Shown here in pieces: positions 38,576-47,706 of a stretch of DNA of 64,000 bases (the stretch's first letter is position 1; the number at the start of each line of letters is the position of its first letter). A model generated the notes under the pieces. It was given only the letters and a program-made list of their open reading frames with translations, ran no database searches and was not told where the DNA came from. Source of the stretch: a bacterium (GTDB lineage: Bacteria > Elusimicrobiota > Elusimicrobia > UBA1565 > UBA9628); NCBI GenBank assembly GCA_021846045.1, contig JAJZCM010000003.1, forward strand, positions 23,604 through 87,603, given 5' to 3'. The position numbers were made by a program, and so were the translations under genes.

Positions 38576-40621
38576 GGATGGTTTGTCCTCCCTTTTTTCC
38601 TTGCTTCCTGCGCCACGGTCCAGGTCCCCATGTCGGTTACCTTTCCTCCGGCGGTTGATTTGTCTCCGTATCGGCGTTTTGCGTTCGGCGATATGAATGG
38701 AAACTCTGGGCGTCGTTTTCAGGACGCCTTGGCAACGGATTTGGCGCGTTCAAAAAAATTTAATTTCATCAATCGGGACCGGCTGAATGTGTTGGTCGCG
38801 GAATATGATTTGACGCAAACTCAAAATCCGACAAGCGCCAAGACCGGCCAAATCGCGATTGAAATTCATGATGCGGCGTTTATTTCTGGAACGATCAATA
38901 AAAATTACTATGAATTTGTGAGGGAGTCTCCAGATACCTGCCAGCGGAATAATCGCGCCCATCCGTGCCCTTTAAGAACGCGCGTGGGCCGGATTCGCAT
39001 TGGCGGACATTTGGATGTAATGGATGCGGCAACCGGACGATTGATCCATTCACAGACGATAGCCAAGGTGTGCCAAGCCCAAAGTCAAGCTAAAAATGCC
39101 TTTCCTGAAGCCATCAACCGAGCGCAGCTGGCTGAAAATTGCGTCAATTCCGCCGCCTATGATCTAGCGGCGCTTTTCTTGCCCTCCAGAAAAATGTTTT
39201 ATCCGGATTTTAAAAAAGTAGGAGATATCCCGGCTGTTGCCCAAGGAATCAAGGACGTGGAGGCCGGCAAAATAGGAGAAGCGGCCAAGGATTTTAGCGC
39301 GGCCCTTAAAGACCCGAAGGCGACGAGCCGGAATTTTAGTAAAAAATCCTTGTCAGAAATCTATTGGGACGGCGCGCTGGCCCAAGAATATTCCTGGCAG
39401 TTCGGCCCGGCCCTGGATTCCTTGAAAAAATCCTACGCGCTCAATCCCCTCGCGGAAACGCGAAAAGAGGAGTCGCAGCTTCTCGGCCTTGAATCCGCGC
39501 GGAGAAGGCTTTTGGGCGTTACTCCGCTCATGCTGGCGGTTGAGGGTGGAGCTTTCAACCAGGTTAAGGCGCTTCTTGAAAAAGGCGCGGACCCCAACGC
39601 TCAGGACGTTTCAGGCAACACCGCTCTAATGGGGGCGGCGCAAAAGCGGAATTTGCCCATGGTTCAAATTCTTCTTCGCTATGGGGCTTGGCCCAGCATC
39701 AGAAACAATCAGGGACTAAGCGCTCAAGACATGTCCCGGGATCAAAAAATTTCCAATTTGTTGAGCGAGAATTTTTCAAAACCATCCGCGCCGCGGCAAG
39801 AGGGGGCTTTGCCTTCTCCCAAGGCCGTGATTCATTCCGATGTGGATCAGGTTCCCTACCATTTTCCCGAAGACCCGTTTAAAATCGCCTTGGTCATCGG
39901 CATCGAGCATTATGAGAACAATCTCCCCTCGGCGGATTTCGCCGATCATGATGCCGAAGTCATGCGTGAACATTTAATGGCTTTAGGTTACGCTCCGCGC
40001 CACATTCATTGGCTCAAAGATCAGCAAGCGACTCGCGCCGCCTTGGTCAAGAATCTGGAAGGCTGGCTCCCACAAGTCGTTTCTTCCTCAGCGACCGTTT
40101 TTGTCTATTATTCCGGTCATGGGGCGGCGGACCCGGAAACTCATACAACCTATTTGGTTCCCGCAGATGGGGATTCCGGTTATCTTCAGGAAACGGCTTA
40201 TCCTCTCTCAAGGCTTTATTTGACTCTTGGAAAATTGCCCGCCAAACAAGTGATTGTCGCTTTGGACTCGTGTTTTTCCGGTAGGGGCGCGCGGTCTTTA
40301 TCTCCTGCGGGAGTGCGGCCTTTAGTCACTTTATCTCCGGTGGTTCCTTTAGTGGAAGGGGTGGTCGCGATGACGGCGGCTTCCGGGACTCAGATTGCGG
40401 AAGTTCTCAATTCCGAGGGACATGGCCTATTTACCTATTATTTTTTGAAAGGTCTTAACGGCCCGGCAAAAAACAAGTCGAATAAAATATCGGTGCAGTC
40501 GTTATACCGGTATTTGCGTCCGCAAGTCGAGGATGCGGCGGGAATGAAAAACCGCACGCAAACGCCCGAACTTTTACCCGGAAGCGTTGCCCATTCAAAT
40601 GCCATCGTTTTAGTTCCATGA
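38521..40621 (+). CDS. Lipoprotein with ankyrin repeats and C-terminal caspase-like (peptidase C14) domain; likely GTG start inside the last repeat unit
   Basis: Lipobox LPFFLASC after a basic n-region. Ankyrin repeats (TPLMLAVEGGAFNQVKALLEKGADPNAQDVSGNTALMGAA...). Caspase fold with catalytic dyad context YYSGHGA and ALDSCFSGRG. The ORF track version 38162..40621 reads through the repeat array. Confidence 0.7.
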
Positions 40622-41772
40622 ATGAAGATAGTCCTGATTTAAATATTCCGGTCGATTTCGATTTGGAATCCTATCGCTTTTCCTATCCTGAGGAATTGTT
40701 GGCCGCGAGTCCTCTTGATAAGAGAGATGATTGCCGCCTGTTGGTTTTAGACCGCTCTTTAGGAACGGTCTTTCATGAACAATTTCACTCGCTTCCCAAG
40801 CATCTCAAGCCCGGGGATTGCTTGGTTCTCAATGAGACTCGGGTCTTTTCCTGCCGCTTGGTCGGCAAGAAAAAGAGCGGCGGAAAGGCGGAAATTCTTC
40901 TAACCCGAGAAATCAGTCCCGGATACTGGGCGGCATTGGGTTCGGGTTTTAAGAAGGGGCATGAATTAATTTTTACGGGCAACCTGACGGGGCAAATTGA
41001 AGGGTTAAACGAGGATGGCGAGTATTTGATAAGGTTTGACCGCGAGGATATCCAGTCTTACATGGAGCGTAATGGTTTGCCGCCTCTTCCTCCCTACATT
41101 CTCAAAAAAAGAAAATTTTCGCCTGCGTTCCTTGCTCGCGAAGCGAGAGCGTGCGAGGGCATCTCGGGGAAAGATTTTAGGCACGCGCCCGTTGCGGAAT
41201 CATCCGAAAAAAACGATCAAGAATCTTATCAAACCGTTTATGCGCGGAATTTGGGCTCGATTGCCGCTCCCACCGCCGGGCTTCATTTTACGCCGGAGCT
41301 CCTTCGGGAAATCGAGCGCCAAGGAGTTTTCATTTGCCGGCTGACCCTTCATGTCGGACGCGGAACCTTTAAACCGATTGTTTCAAGAGACATTCGCCGG
41401 CATAAAATGCTTCCGGAATATTATCACGTCAATTTGGAAAATTCGCGGAAACTAAAAGAGGCTCAAGAACGCGGCGGAAAAATAATTGCTGTTGGCACGA
41501 CAGTCGTGAGAACCCTTGAGACCTTGGCCAAAAATCAAAACAGAGACGGTCCCATTTCTGAAATGTCCGGCTGGACCGATCTTTTTGTATATCCGGGGTA
41601 TCCGCTTAGGATGGCGTCGGCCTTGGTGACCAATTTTCATTTGCCGGAGTCGACCCCTCTTATTCTCGCCGCTGCCTTTGCCGGGCGAGAAAAATTGCTT
41701 AAGATTTACCAGGAGGCTTTTCTTTTGAAATACCGTCTCTTTTCTTACGGCGACGCAATGCTGATTTTGTAG
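40618..41772 (+). CDS. queA: S-adenosylmethionine:tRNA ribosyltransferase-isomerase QueA, carrying an in-frame insertion of a family-2 repeat unit
   Basis: QueA blocks LLVLDR, PLPPYI, YQTVYA...GSIAAPTAGLHFT and a C-terminal TNFHLPESTPLIL motif. About 30 extra residues (KKRKFSPAFLAREARACEGISGKDFRHAPVAESSEK) sit between PLPPYI and YQTVYA, encoded by the repeat at 41112-41175. Confidence 0.85.
   Translation: MNEDSPDLNIPVDFDLESYRFSYPEELLAASPLDKRDDCRLLVLDRSLGTVFHEQFHSLPKHLKPGDCLVLNETRVFSCRLVGKKKSGGKAEILLTREISPGYWAALGSGFKKGHELIFTGNLTGQIEGLNEDGEYLIRFDREDIQSYMERNGLPPLPPYILKKRKFSPAFLAREARACEGISGKDFRHAPVAESSEKNDQESYQTVYARNLGSIAAPTAGLHFTPELLREIERQGVFICRLTLHVGRGTFKPIVSRDIRRHKMLPEYYHVNLENSRKLKEAQERGGKIIAVGTTVVRTLETLAKNQNRDGPISEMSGWTDLFVYPGYPLRMASALVTNFHLPESTPLILAAAFAGREKLLKIYQEAFLLKYRLFSYGDAMLIL
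41112..41175 (+). repeat. Solo copy of the family-2 66-bp hairpin repeat inside queA
   Basis: ttcgcctgcgttccttgctcgcgaagcgagagcgtgcgagggcatctcggggaaag matches the tandem-array unit (38158-38575) over about 45 nt, including the CTCGC-GAA-GCGAG hairpin. Confidence 0.8.
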
Positions 41773-41783
41773 GATTTGTATCA

Positions 41784-42926
41784 ATGGGATTTAAAATTAT
41801 CGGACGGGAAGGTCGCGCGCGAGCCGGGGTTTTAAAAACCGCCCACGGGGAAGTCGAGACTCCCGTTTACATGCCGGTCGCGACCCAAGCCTCGGTCAAG
41901 GCTTTATCACAAGAAGATTTGGATTCCCTGGGGGTCAAGGCTATTTTGTCCAACAGCTACCACCTTTATCTAAGACCGGGAACCTCGGTGATAAAACAAG
42001 CGGGCGGTCTTCATCGCTTCATGAAATATGAGGGGATGATTTTGACTGATTCCGGAGGTTTTCAAGTCCTTAGCCAAGCGGATTTAAGAACCATCGATGA
42101 CTTCGGCGTCTCTTTTAAGTCGCATATCGACGGCAGCGCCCACCGGCTGACGCCGGAAAAAGTTATCGCCATACAATCGGAGTTGGGCTCCGATTGTTGG
42201 ACGGCGCTGGATGTTTGCGCGCCCTATCCTTCGGATGAGGCGCAGACTAAATTAGCCCTTGAACGCACGATGAGGTGGCTCGATCTTTCTGAAAAGACGT
42301 TTCTTCAGAAGAAAGCCGAGGGCTCTGAATCTCTATTTTTCCCGATCCTGCAAGGGGGATTTTTTGCGCCTCTGCGCTTACAAGCGGCCGAACACATGAG
42401 TAAAATCCAGGCCGATGGAATTTCTCTTGGGGGCTTTTCCGTAGGGGAACCGAAGGCATTGACTTGGGAGATTCTGGGAAAGACAACCGAAGTCCTTCCT
42501 GAACAAAAACCGCGTTATCTCATGGGAGTGGGAACTCCAGAAGACTTATGGGATGCGGTTTCTTTAGGCATCGATATGATGGATTGTGTTTGGCCCACAA
42601 GGGTCGCCAGGAACGGTCAGGTCATGACCCGCGTTGGGCGCTACAATATCTCAAACAGTTTTTGCCGGACTAATTTTGAGCCATTGGAGTCTTCGTGCTC
42701 CTGTTTTGTCTGCCGAAGATATTCGAAGGCTTATTTGTCCCATTTGCACCGGAGCCGCGAGCTTTCGGCCCATCGTTTGATTTCCTACCATAACATCCAC
42801 TTGATGCTGGTTTTGGCCCGCGAAATCCGGCAAAGCATCTTGGATGGAAACTTCGCCGAAAAGAGACGTGAGTTCTTTTCCCGGATCAAAAAAGATTCAA
42901 AAGACGTTCTGGCCCTTGTCTCGTAA
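41784..42926 (+). CDS. tgt: Queuine tRNA-ribosyltransferase
   Basis: N-terminal GRARAGVLKTAHGEVETPVYMPV, LGGFSVGEP and a C-terminal zinc site CxCxxC...H (CSCFVCRRYSKAYLSHL). Confidence 0.9.
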   Translation: MGFKIIGREGRARAGVLKTAHGEVETPVYMPVATQASVKALSQEDLDSLGVKAILSNSYHLYLRPGTSVIKQAGGLHRFMKYEGMILTDSGGFQVLSQADLRTIDDFGVSFKSHIDGSAHRLTPEKVIAIQSELGSDCWTALDVCAPYPSDEAQTKLALERTMRWLDLSEKTFLQKKAEGSESLFFPILQGGFFAPLRLQAAEHMSKIQADGISLGGFSVGEPKALTWEILGKTTEVLPEQKPRYLMGVGTPEDLWDAVSLGIDMMDCVWPTRVARNGQVMTRVGRYNISNSFCRTNFEPLESSCSCFVCRRYSKAYLSHLHRSRELSAHRLISYHNIHLMLVLAREIRQSILDGNFAEKRREFFSRIKKDSKDVLALVS

Positions 42927-42936
42927 AAGAGTTCTT

Positions 42937-45003
42937 TTATTCTTTTAGGCTGTTTTGTGTCTGTTGGGGAACGGAAAGCTGCGAATAATCGGGTTCGGTC
43001 CCCATGTTCCAGAGAGCTTCGAGATATTCCACTAGGGCTCCGAGATAGGGGTCTTTCAAATAGACCGTATTCTCGAAATTATGGCGGTTTCCGTTGAAGC
43101 TCATGTTGGTTGAGCCCGTGGCGACGATTCCGCCGGATTTTCCGTCTCCGATCACAAGCTTATTGTGGAAAAGCCCGGTTTCTCCGGCGCCGGCTATGAC
43201 GCGCACTTGAGCTCCGGCGTCTTTTACTTTTTTCATGTCGGCGATGGAAGCCGGGTTGTGGGATTGGTGGATGTCGGATAATATACGGATAGACAAGCCA
43301 TTGTTGAGTTTTGAAACGATGGTTGAGACCAAATCAGGCCAAGGATAGAAGCCGAACATTCCGATCAAGGCGTCTTGTTTGGAGGCATTGATGATTTTTG
43401 CCCACGCTTCTCCGGTTCCTCCATTAGGCGAGAAGGAAGCGATGGGAAGAGAAACCCCGTTAAAATTTTGGCCCATGATTGGGTCTGTGGGAATCGGGCT
43501 GGTGATAGACGGTTCCTCGGGGTCTAAGTCGTCGGAATAAGGGCGCGCGACGCTTTTCGCCCAATTGAAGAATGTCTGATAGAGGGCGATAATTTTTTTG
43601 TCATCAATAAAAACCACGTTTTCCCAATTATTTTCCTGCGAGTGGGTTGAATAATTGTAGGAGCCGGTCTCGAGTATTTGGGAACTCCCAAAAAAATGAG
43701 GGACATTCCAAATCCGGAACTTAGCGTGTTGAATTCCGATGCTTCCCAAGCCTTTGAGTGCGTAAAGTTTGAGATTTGGGTTTCCTGCATTGGACTCATC
43801 CACCAATTTTTGAAGCTGAGGACTGCGGGTTATGCTTCTCTGACGCATTTTTTCAGGGAAAAGGTTGGAATAATCCGCGATGATTTCAAATTTCTTTCCC
43901 TGTTTGAGCCCTTGGAGAATGGAGGCGACGTCCTCATCCAAGGTTTCTTCATAGAGCATGATTTGAGTCGAGTTGGAGGCGTTATTTCCAGCGGCGAGTA
44001 TTGCGGGAATATCGTCTCCGGTCCCATTGGGAACATTGGGGAAAAGAGTTCTCTTCACGTTTTGATTTCCAATCTTGATGAGATCATTATGCGTGGGAAT
44101 AAAAATATGCGGGAATTGAAATTGTAAATTTTCGGAGCGAAGATTGAACTCCCGCGGCGTCATGACTTTTTGAGTTTCCGCTGATTTAAGCCACAGCGGG
44201 CCTTCTCTTGGCGCATCAACGTTGAAGGCGGGGTCGCTTAATAACTTTTCATCATTGGAGCCTTGTTGAGGATTTTTGCCGCTGGCCCAATAAGGTTCGA
44301 GAGTCTTTGAGATGTGTTGAGCTTGAATCGAGGCAAGGGTTTGGGAAAGTCTGTTGATTTCTTTTTCTTGCTGAGAATCGCGGATATAGATTTTGGTCAA
44401 GGGCGTTAAGATTTGATCAAGTCCTTTGGCCTTTTCAAAGGATTCTTGAGAGAGCGAGGAATGTCCCGCATCCGAGGTCAAACCCTCTGCGTATCTTTGG
44501 ATAGATTCTAAAACCTGCGCGGCCGATTTTTTTCTGCCTTTTTCCAGAAGCGCGGTAATTTGAGAGAGAAGAGCTTTTTGGCGCTGCGGATTCTTGGAGG
44601 ATAGGAGGGCGTTCAGCCGTCCCTTGATTTGAGCCTTGGCTTTTGGGTTGAGGGCGTTAAATAAAGGCGCCAAAAGCCGCTGCCCTTCGGGGGTGGAGGC
44701 GGTTTTTAAAACCGAAACCCACTCGGAGGTTTTTGCCTCTTCATTTAAATTAAAAGACGGATTTGCGGACCATTGCGAGAAGCTTTGAAGGGATGCGCTT
44801 AACCCGGCATTGGCGTTCATCGTAAAGAGCGGTTGGGTGAGAAAACCGGTTTCCGCGGGCATCGCGGAATTGAGCCCTGCGAAGGCTTGCGCCGATGACA
44901 AGAAGAGAATAAACGCAAAAACGGCGCGCGGGGTTGTTTTTAATGGAGTCAGGGGTTGCTCCCTTGGGAGGGCTGGCTTGGAGCTTTGTTGTCGCCATCC
45001 CAA
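42937..45003 (-). CDS. Secreted phospholipase D-superfamily protein (two HKD motifs; PLD/Nuc-like phosphodiesterase)
   Basis: Signal-like N-terminus AVFAFILFLSSAQAFA. HKD motifs HAKFRIW... and HNKLVIGDG...GSTN. The annotated start overlaps the upstream convergent-orientation neighbour by 55 nt, so the real start is probably an alternative codon downstream. Confidence 0.65.
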   Translation of the reverse strand: MGWRQQSSKPALPREQPLTPLKTTPRAVFAFILFLSSAQAFAGLNSAMPAETGFLTQPLFTMNANAGLSASLQSFSQWSANPSFNLNEEAKTSEWVSVLKTASTPEGQRLLAPLFNALNPKAKAQIKGRLNALLSSKNPQRQKALLSQITALLEKGRKKSAAQVLESIQRYAEGLTSDAGHSSLSQESFEKAKGLDQILTPLTKIYIRDSQQEKEINRLSQTLASIQAQHISKTLEPYWASGKNPQQGSNDEKLLSDPAFNVDAPREGPLWLKSAETQKVMTPREFNLRSENLQFQFPHIFIPTHNDLIKIGNQNVKRTLFPNVPNGTGDDIPAILAAGNNASNSTQIMLYEETLDEDVASILQGLKQGKKFEIIADYSNLFPEKMRQRSITRSPQLQKLVDESNAGNPNLKLYALKGLGSIGIQHAKFRIWNVPHFFGSSQILETGSYNYSTHSQENNWENVVFIDDKKIIALYQTFFNWAKSVARPYSDDLDPEEPSITSPIPTDPIMGQNFNGVSLPIASFSPNGGTGEAWAKIINASKQDALIGMFGFYPWPDLVSTIVSKLNNGLSIRILSDIHQSHNPASIADMKKVKDAGAQVRVIAGAGETGLFHNKLVIGDGKSGGIVATGSTNMSFNGNRHNFENTVYLKDPYLGALVEYLEALWNMGTEPDYSQLSVPQQTQNSLKE

Positions 45004-46013
45004 TTGACTTGGTTGAGAATGTGGGCCAAGCGTACCCCCGCCATCTGAAGTCGCTGATGGGCAATCGGCTGCATTTTTGCTTGGTAGTCGGCGGGTAGGA
45101 CCAGCGGTTGAGCGCTTGGCTGGCCGTTTAGCGATTTGTAATAGTCCGGATAAATCGTGTTTTTGGATATGTTGAAGCTCTCTCCGATCGCGTTATTGAT
45201 CGTGGTCTCAACGTCGCTGTCAATCCAGCTTGCCACTTCGTTTGCGGGGAGAGAATTCAAATCGGCGAGCAACTGCTGGGCTAGGATGTTTGCGGCGCCG
45301 GGTGTCTGGTTCTGCCAGCTGGTTTTGTCGATCAAGTCATCCCAGAGTTCGTGCAGCCGTTCAAGTTTGCCCTCAAATTGAACGTTTTCGGTATTGCCGC
45401 CGGCGTCATTATTATTTTCAGCGGTGTGCATGGGTTGATGCGCGTCGCCCACTAAATGCACGACATAAGACAGCGCTATAATTCTCCTATCCCGCCATAA
45501 GGCGTCCGCTTGCGCGGACTCCGCCGATGAGGCTTGCGGGTTTGGAGCCGGTCGTGGGGCGCTTAATTGGGATAGGGCGAACTTGATTTGCGCATGAATG
45601 CAATCCTGAACCGAGTCTCCCATAAACTGGGCGGTGGCTCCGGAGGCCTGCTTGTCGCAGTCCGGGTATTGATTGAGCTCATCGGTTGTCGGGGTCTGGC
45701 TGACATTTTGTTGGATCGGAATATTCGTGAAGTGCCATGAGCCGGTGGCCGCATCCTTTGCCAGCGTCCGCGAAAGAAGCCCTCCGAAGTTCGTGGGGCC
45801 ATAGCGCAGCGTATCCGGGTAGTTTGAAATGTCGGAAAGACTGACATTGGGCCCAAGAATGCCGGTGATAGCCGCTTGGGTTTGCGGATCCAAACGGGTC
45901 TGGGCGATATCGGAAATAGTTTCATGTCCTTCCGGTCCCCAGCTGAAAGCCGCGATAGGGCCAAAAAGAAGGGCTACCGCTAATGGCGCAATTCCTGCGA
46001 GTCTTTTTTTCAC
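44949..46013 (-). CDS. Secreted S1/P1-family zinc nuclease
   Basis: Signal peptide followed by the hallmark WGPEGHETI N-terminus of mature S1/P1 nucleases. Later His/Asp zinc ligands (HLVGDAHQPMH). Confidence 0.75.
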   Translation of the reverse strand: MKKRLAGIAPLAVALLFGPIAAFSWGPEGHETISDIAQTRLDPQTQAAITGILGPNVSLSDISNYPDTLRYGPTNFGGLLSRTLAKDAATGSWHFTNIPIQQNVSQTPTTDELNQYPDCDKQASGATAQFMGDSVQDCIHAQIKFALSQLSAPRPAPNPQASSAESAQADALWRDRRIIALSYVVHLVGDAHQPMHTAENNNDAGGNTENVQFEGKLERLHELWDDLIDKTSWQNQTPGAANILAQQLLADLNSLPANEVASWIDSDVETTINNAIGESFNISKNTIYPDYYKSLNGQPSAQPLVLPADYQAKMQPIAHQRLQMAGVRLAHILNQVNWDGDNKAPSQPSQGSNP

Positions 46014-46741
46014 TTTGAATTCCTCCCGACGATTCTTTCTAGATCTTCTTTTTGGAGAGTTTCTTTCTCCAAAAGTTCAGAGACGACGCTTTCAAGCGTT
46101 TTTCGGTGGGTCTCTAAAAGAGTTTTGGCTTTAGCGAGGGCTTCTCCTGTGAGTTTTTTGACTGCCTGGTCCATTTCACGGGCCGTTTCCTCGCTGTTTT
46201 TTCGCACTCCGGGAGCGCTGATGCCGAAAGTGAGAATGCCGACGGTTGCATCCATAATAAGGGGGTTGTTGCGGGTTTCAGCGGAGGGCAAAAATTCTGG
46301 GGCGGGTTTTTTCCAAGGCAGATTTTTACGGATATTCTCAATCAGGAGATGGACGCCTTTCAAATTCCCTTTGGTTGGACTTAGGGCGTTCCGGTTGTTT
46401 CCATTTTGGACTTGCGTCAGGGAAGGAACAAATCTTCCCTCAGCCTGTTTTTGATTTGTGGCAAAGACGTTGCCAGGAATTGGGGCTTCGGCGCGGAGTA
46501 TCTTTTTTTCCTGCCCTATAATGAGATGAAGCTCTTCTGGAGACTTTGATGGGGGAAGGGAACCCAATTCAGGCGTTTCAAAATTAATCTGGATGGGGAT
46601 GGCGGCGGTTTCCGTTCGTGGAGCCCCCGTGCGCTCGATTTCTTCCCCGGCGTGAAAAGCTTGCGCCAAACTTGGCATCGGCAGAAGCGCCGATAAGACA
46701 ATGGCTAAGGCTTGGTCCCTCAATCTTTTCACCATAGGCAT
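46010..46741 (-). CDS. Secreted hypothetical protein; the C-terminal about 60 aa resemble the C-terminal helical tail of FtsH
   Basis: Signal peptide MPMVKRLRDQALAIVLSALLPMPSLAQA. C-terminus ETAREMDQAVKKLTGEALAKAKTLLETHRKTLESVVSELLEKETLQKEDLERIV. Confidence 0.4.
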   Translation of the reverse strand: MPMVKRLRDQALAIVLSALLPMPSLAQAFHAGEEIERTGAPRTETAAIPIQINFETPELGSLPPSKSPEELHLIIGQEKKILRAEAPIPGNVFATNQKQAEGRFVPSLTQVQNGNNRNALSPTKGNLKGVHLLIENIRKNLPWKKPAPEFLPSAETRNNPLIMDATVGILTFGISAPGVRKNSEETAREMDQAVKKLTGEALAKAKTLLETHRKTLESVVSELLEKETLQKEDLERIVGRNSK

Positions 46742-46878
46742 AGTCTAAACCAATTCCGCGCAAGTAAACAGGGCCAAAAGGCCCAGTATGGCGCGGGCCA
46801 AAGGACCTAGTGTTGGGCCCCTGAAATACCTAGAAATTATGCCTATTGACAGAAGGCACACAACGTATTACACTTTAA

Positions 46879-47175
46879 ATGATGAAGCCCTTCACTTGGG
46901 ATGAACGGAAAAACGAGTGGCTAAAGTCGCAGCGCGGGGTAGGGTTCGAGGATGTGGTCTTTTGCATCAGCCGGGGCGCGGTATTAGACGTCTTGGATCA
47001 TCCCAACGAAAAGAAGTATCGCGGACAACGTATTTTCTTCGTGGCGATAAACGACTACGCCTACTTGGTCCCGTTCGTTGAGACGGACCGTGAGATTTTT
47101 CTGAAAACGGTCATTCCAAGTCGTAAGGCGATGAAGAAATATTTAGGGGGCCAACCTGATGCCAAAAATGACTAG
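46879..47175 (+). CDS. brnT: BrnT-family type II toxin (DUF497 ribonuclease toxin)
   Basis: MMKPFTWDERKNEWLKSQRGVGFEDVVFCI...RIFFVAINDYAYLVPFVETDREIFLKTVIPSRKAMKKY matches the BrnT fold signature (FEWDE.KN..N..KHG.SFEEA). Confidence 0.75.
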   Translation: MMKPFTWDERKNEWLKSQRGVGFEDVVFCISRGAVLDVLDHPNEKKYRGQRIFFVAINDYAYLVPFVETDREIFLKTVIPSRKAMKKYLGGQPDAKND

Positions 47176-47431
47176 AGAGGAAAATGAACTTTTGCGGTCG
47201 GTGGAACGCGGAGAGTGGAAGTCAACGCGGCGACTTAAACCCGAAACCCACCGCTACAGCCGCTATGCCCGCGCCGCCCTCCAAAAGGACAAGCGCATTA
47301 ACATTCGCATCTCGTCCAAGGATTTGGAAGGAGTGCAGAAAAAAGCGGTCGAGGAGGGCCTGCCCTACCAGACGCTGATTTCCAGCGTGATTCATAAATA
47401 TGTTTCCGGTTCGCTGATGGCCCGACCTTGA
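47159..47431 (+). CDS. brnA: BrnA-family antitoxin (CopG/RHH-like)
   Basis: 90 aa. Overlaps brnT by 17 nt. C-terminal INIRISSKDLEGVQKKAVEEGLPYQTLISSVIHKYVSG is typical of BrnA. Confidence 0.7.
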   Translation: MPKMTREENELLRSVERGEWKSTRRLKPETHRYSRYARAALQKDKRINIRISSKDLEGVQKKAVEEGLPYQTLISSVIHKYVSGSLMARP

Positions 47432-47616
47432 GAGAATCTTGCCTCATGTACAGCTATTCCCAAAAGGTTTGAGCCGGCTGAGACTATCCTGCTTCGTCCA
47501 AATTCAGGGCAAGGTTCTGTAAGCCAGCGCCGAAGCGGTGCCTAGAGCGTAGTTAGCGGGCCCAGCAGTAAAACGTTTTTTTGAGGTAGCGAGAATTCTG
47601 GGCCCTGAAAATTCGC

Positions 47617-47645
47617 TTGACATCGCGCGTTAGTCCTGCTATTCT
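47617..47645 (+). promoter_or_regulatory. Sigma-70-like promoter upstream of trxA (TTGACA, 17 bp spacer, TATTCT)
   Basis: ttgacatcgcgcgttagtcctgctattct. The spacing is ideal and the -10 box ends about 55 nt upstream of the trxA ATG. Confidence 0.5.
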
Positions 47646-47706
47646 ATTTACATAGACGTGGAAATGCTCCGCTGCCGTAAAATATCTTCATAGCGAGGTC
47701 AATAAA

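Noticed and set aside
38006-38576. ORFs 38006..38539 (-) and 38211..38576 (+), and the 5' part of 38162..40621, as real proteins
   Set aside because: Their repetitive translations (MFRHALAPRARNAGRIITPFLK..., RKGVMIRPAFLARE...) are just the tandem repeat read in other frames. A lipoprotein start inside the last unit explains the downstream gene better.
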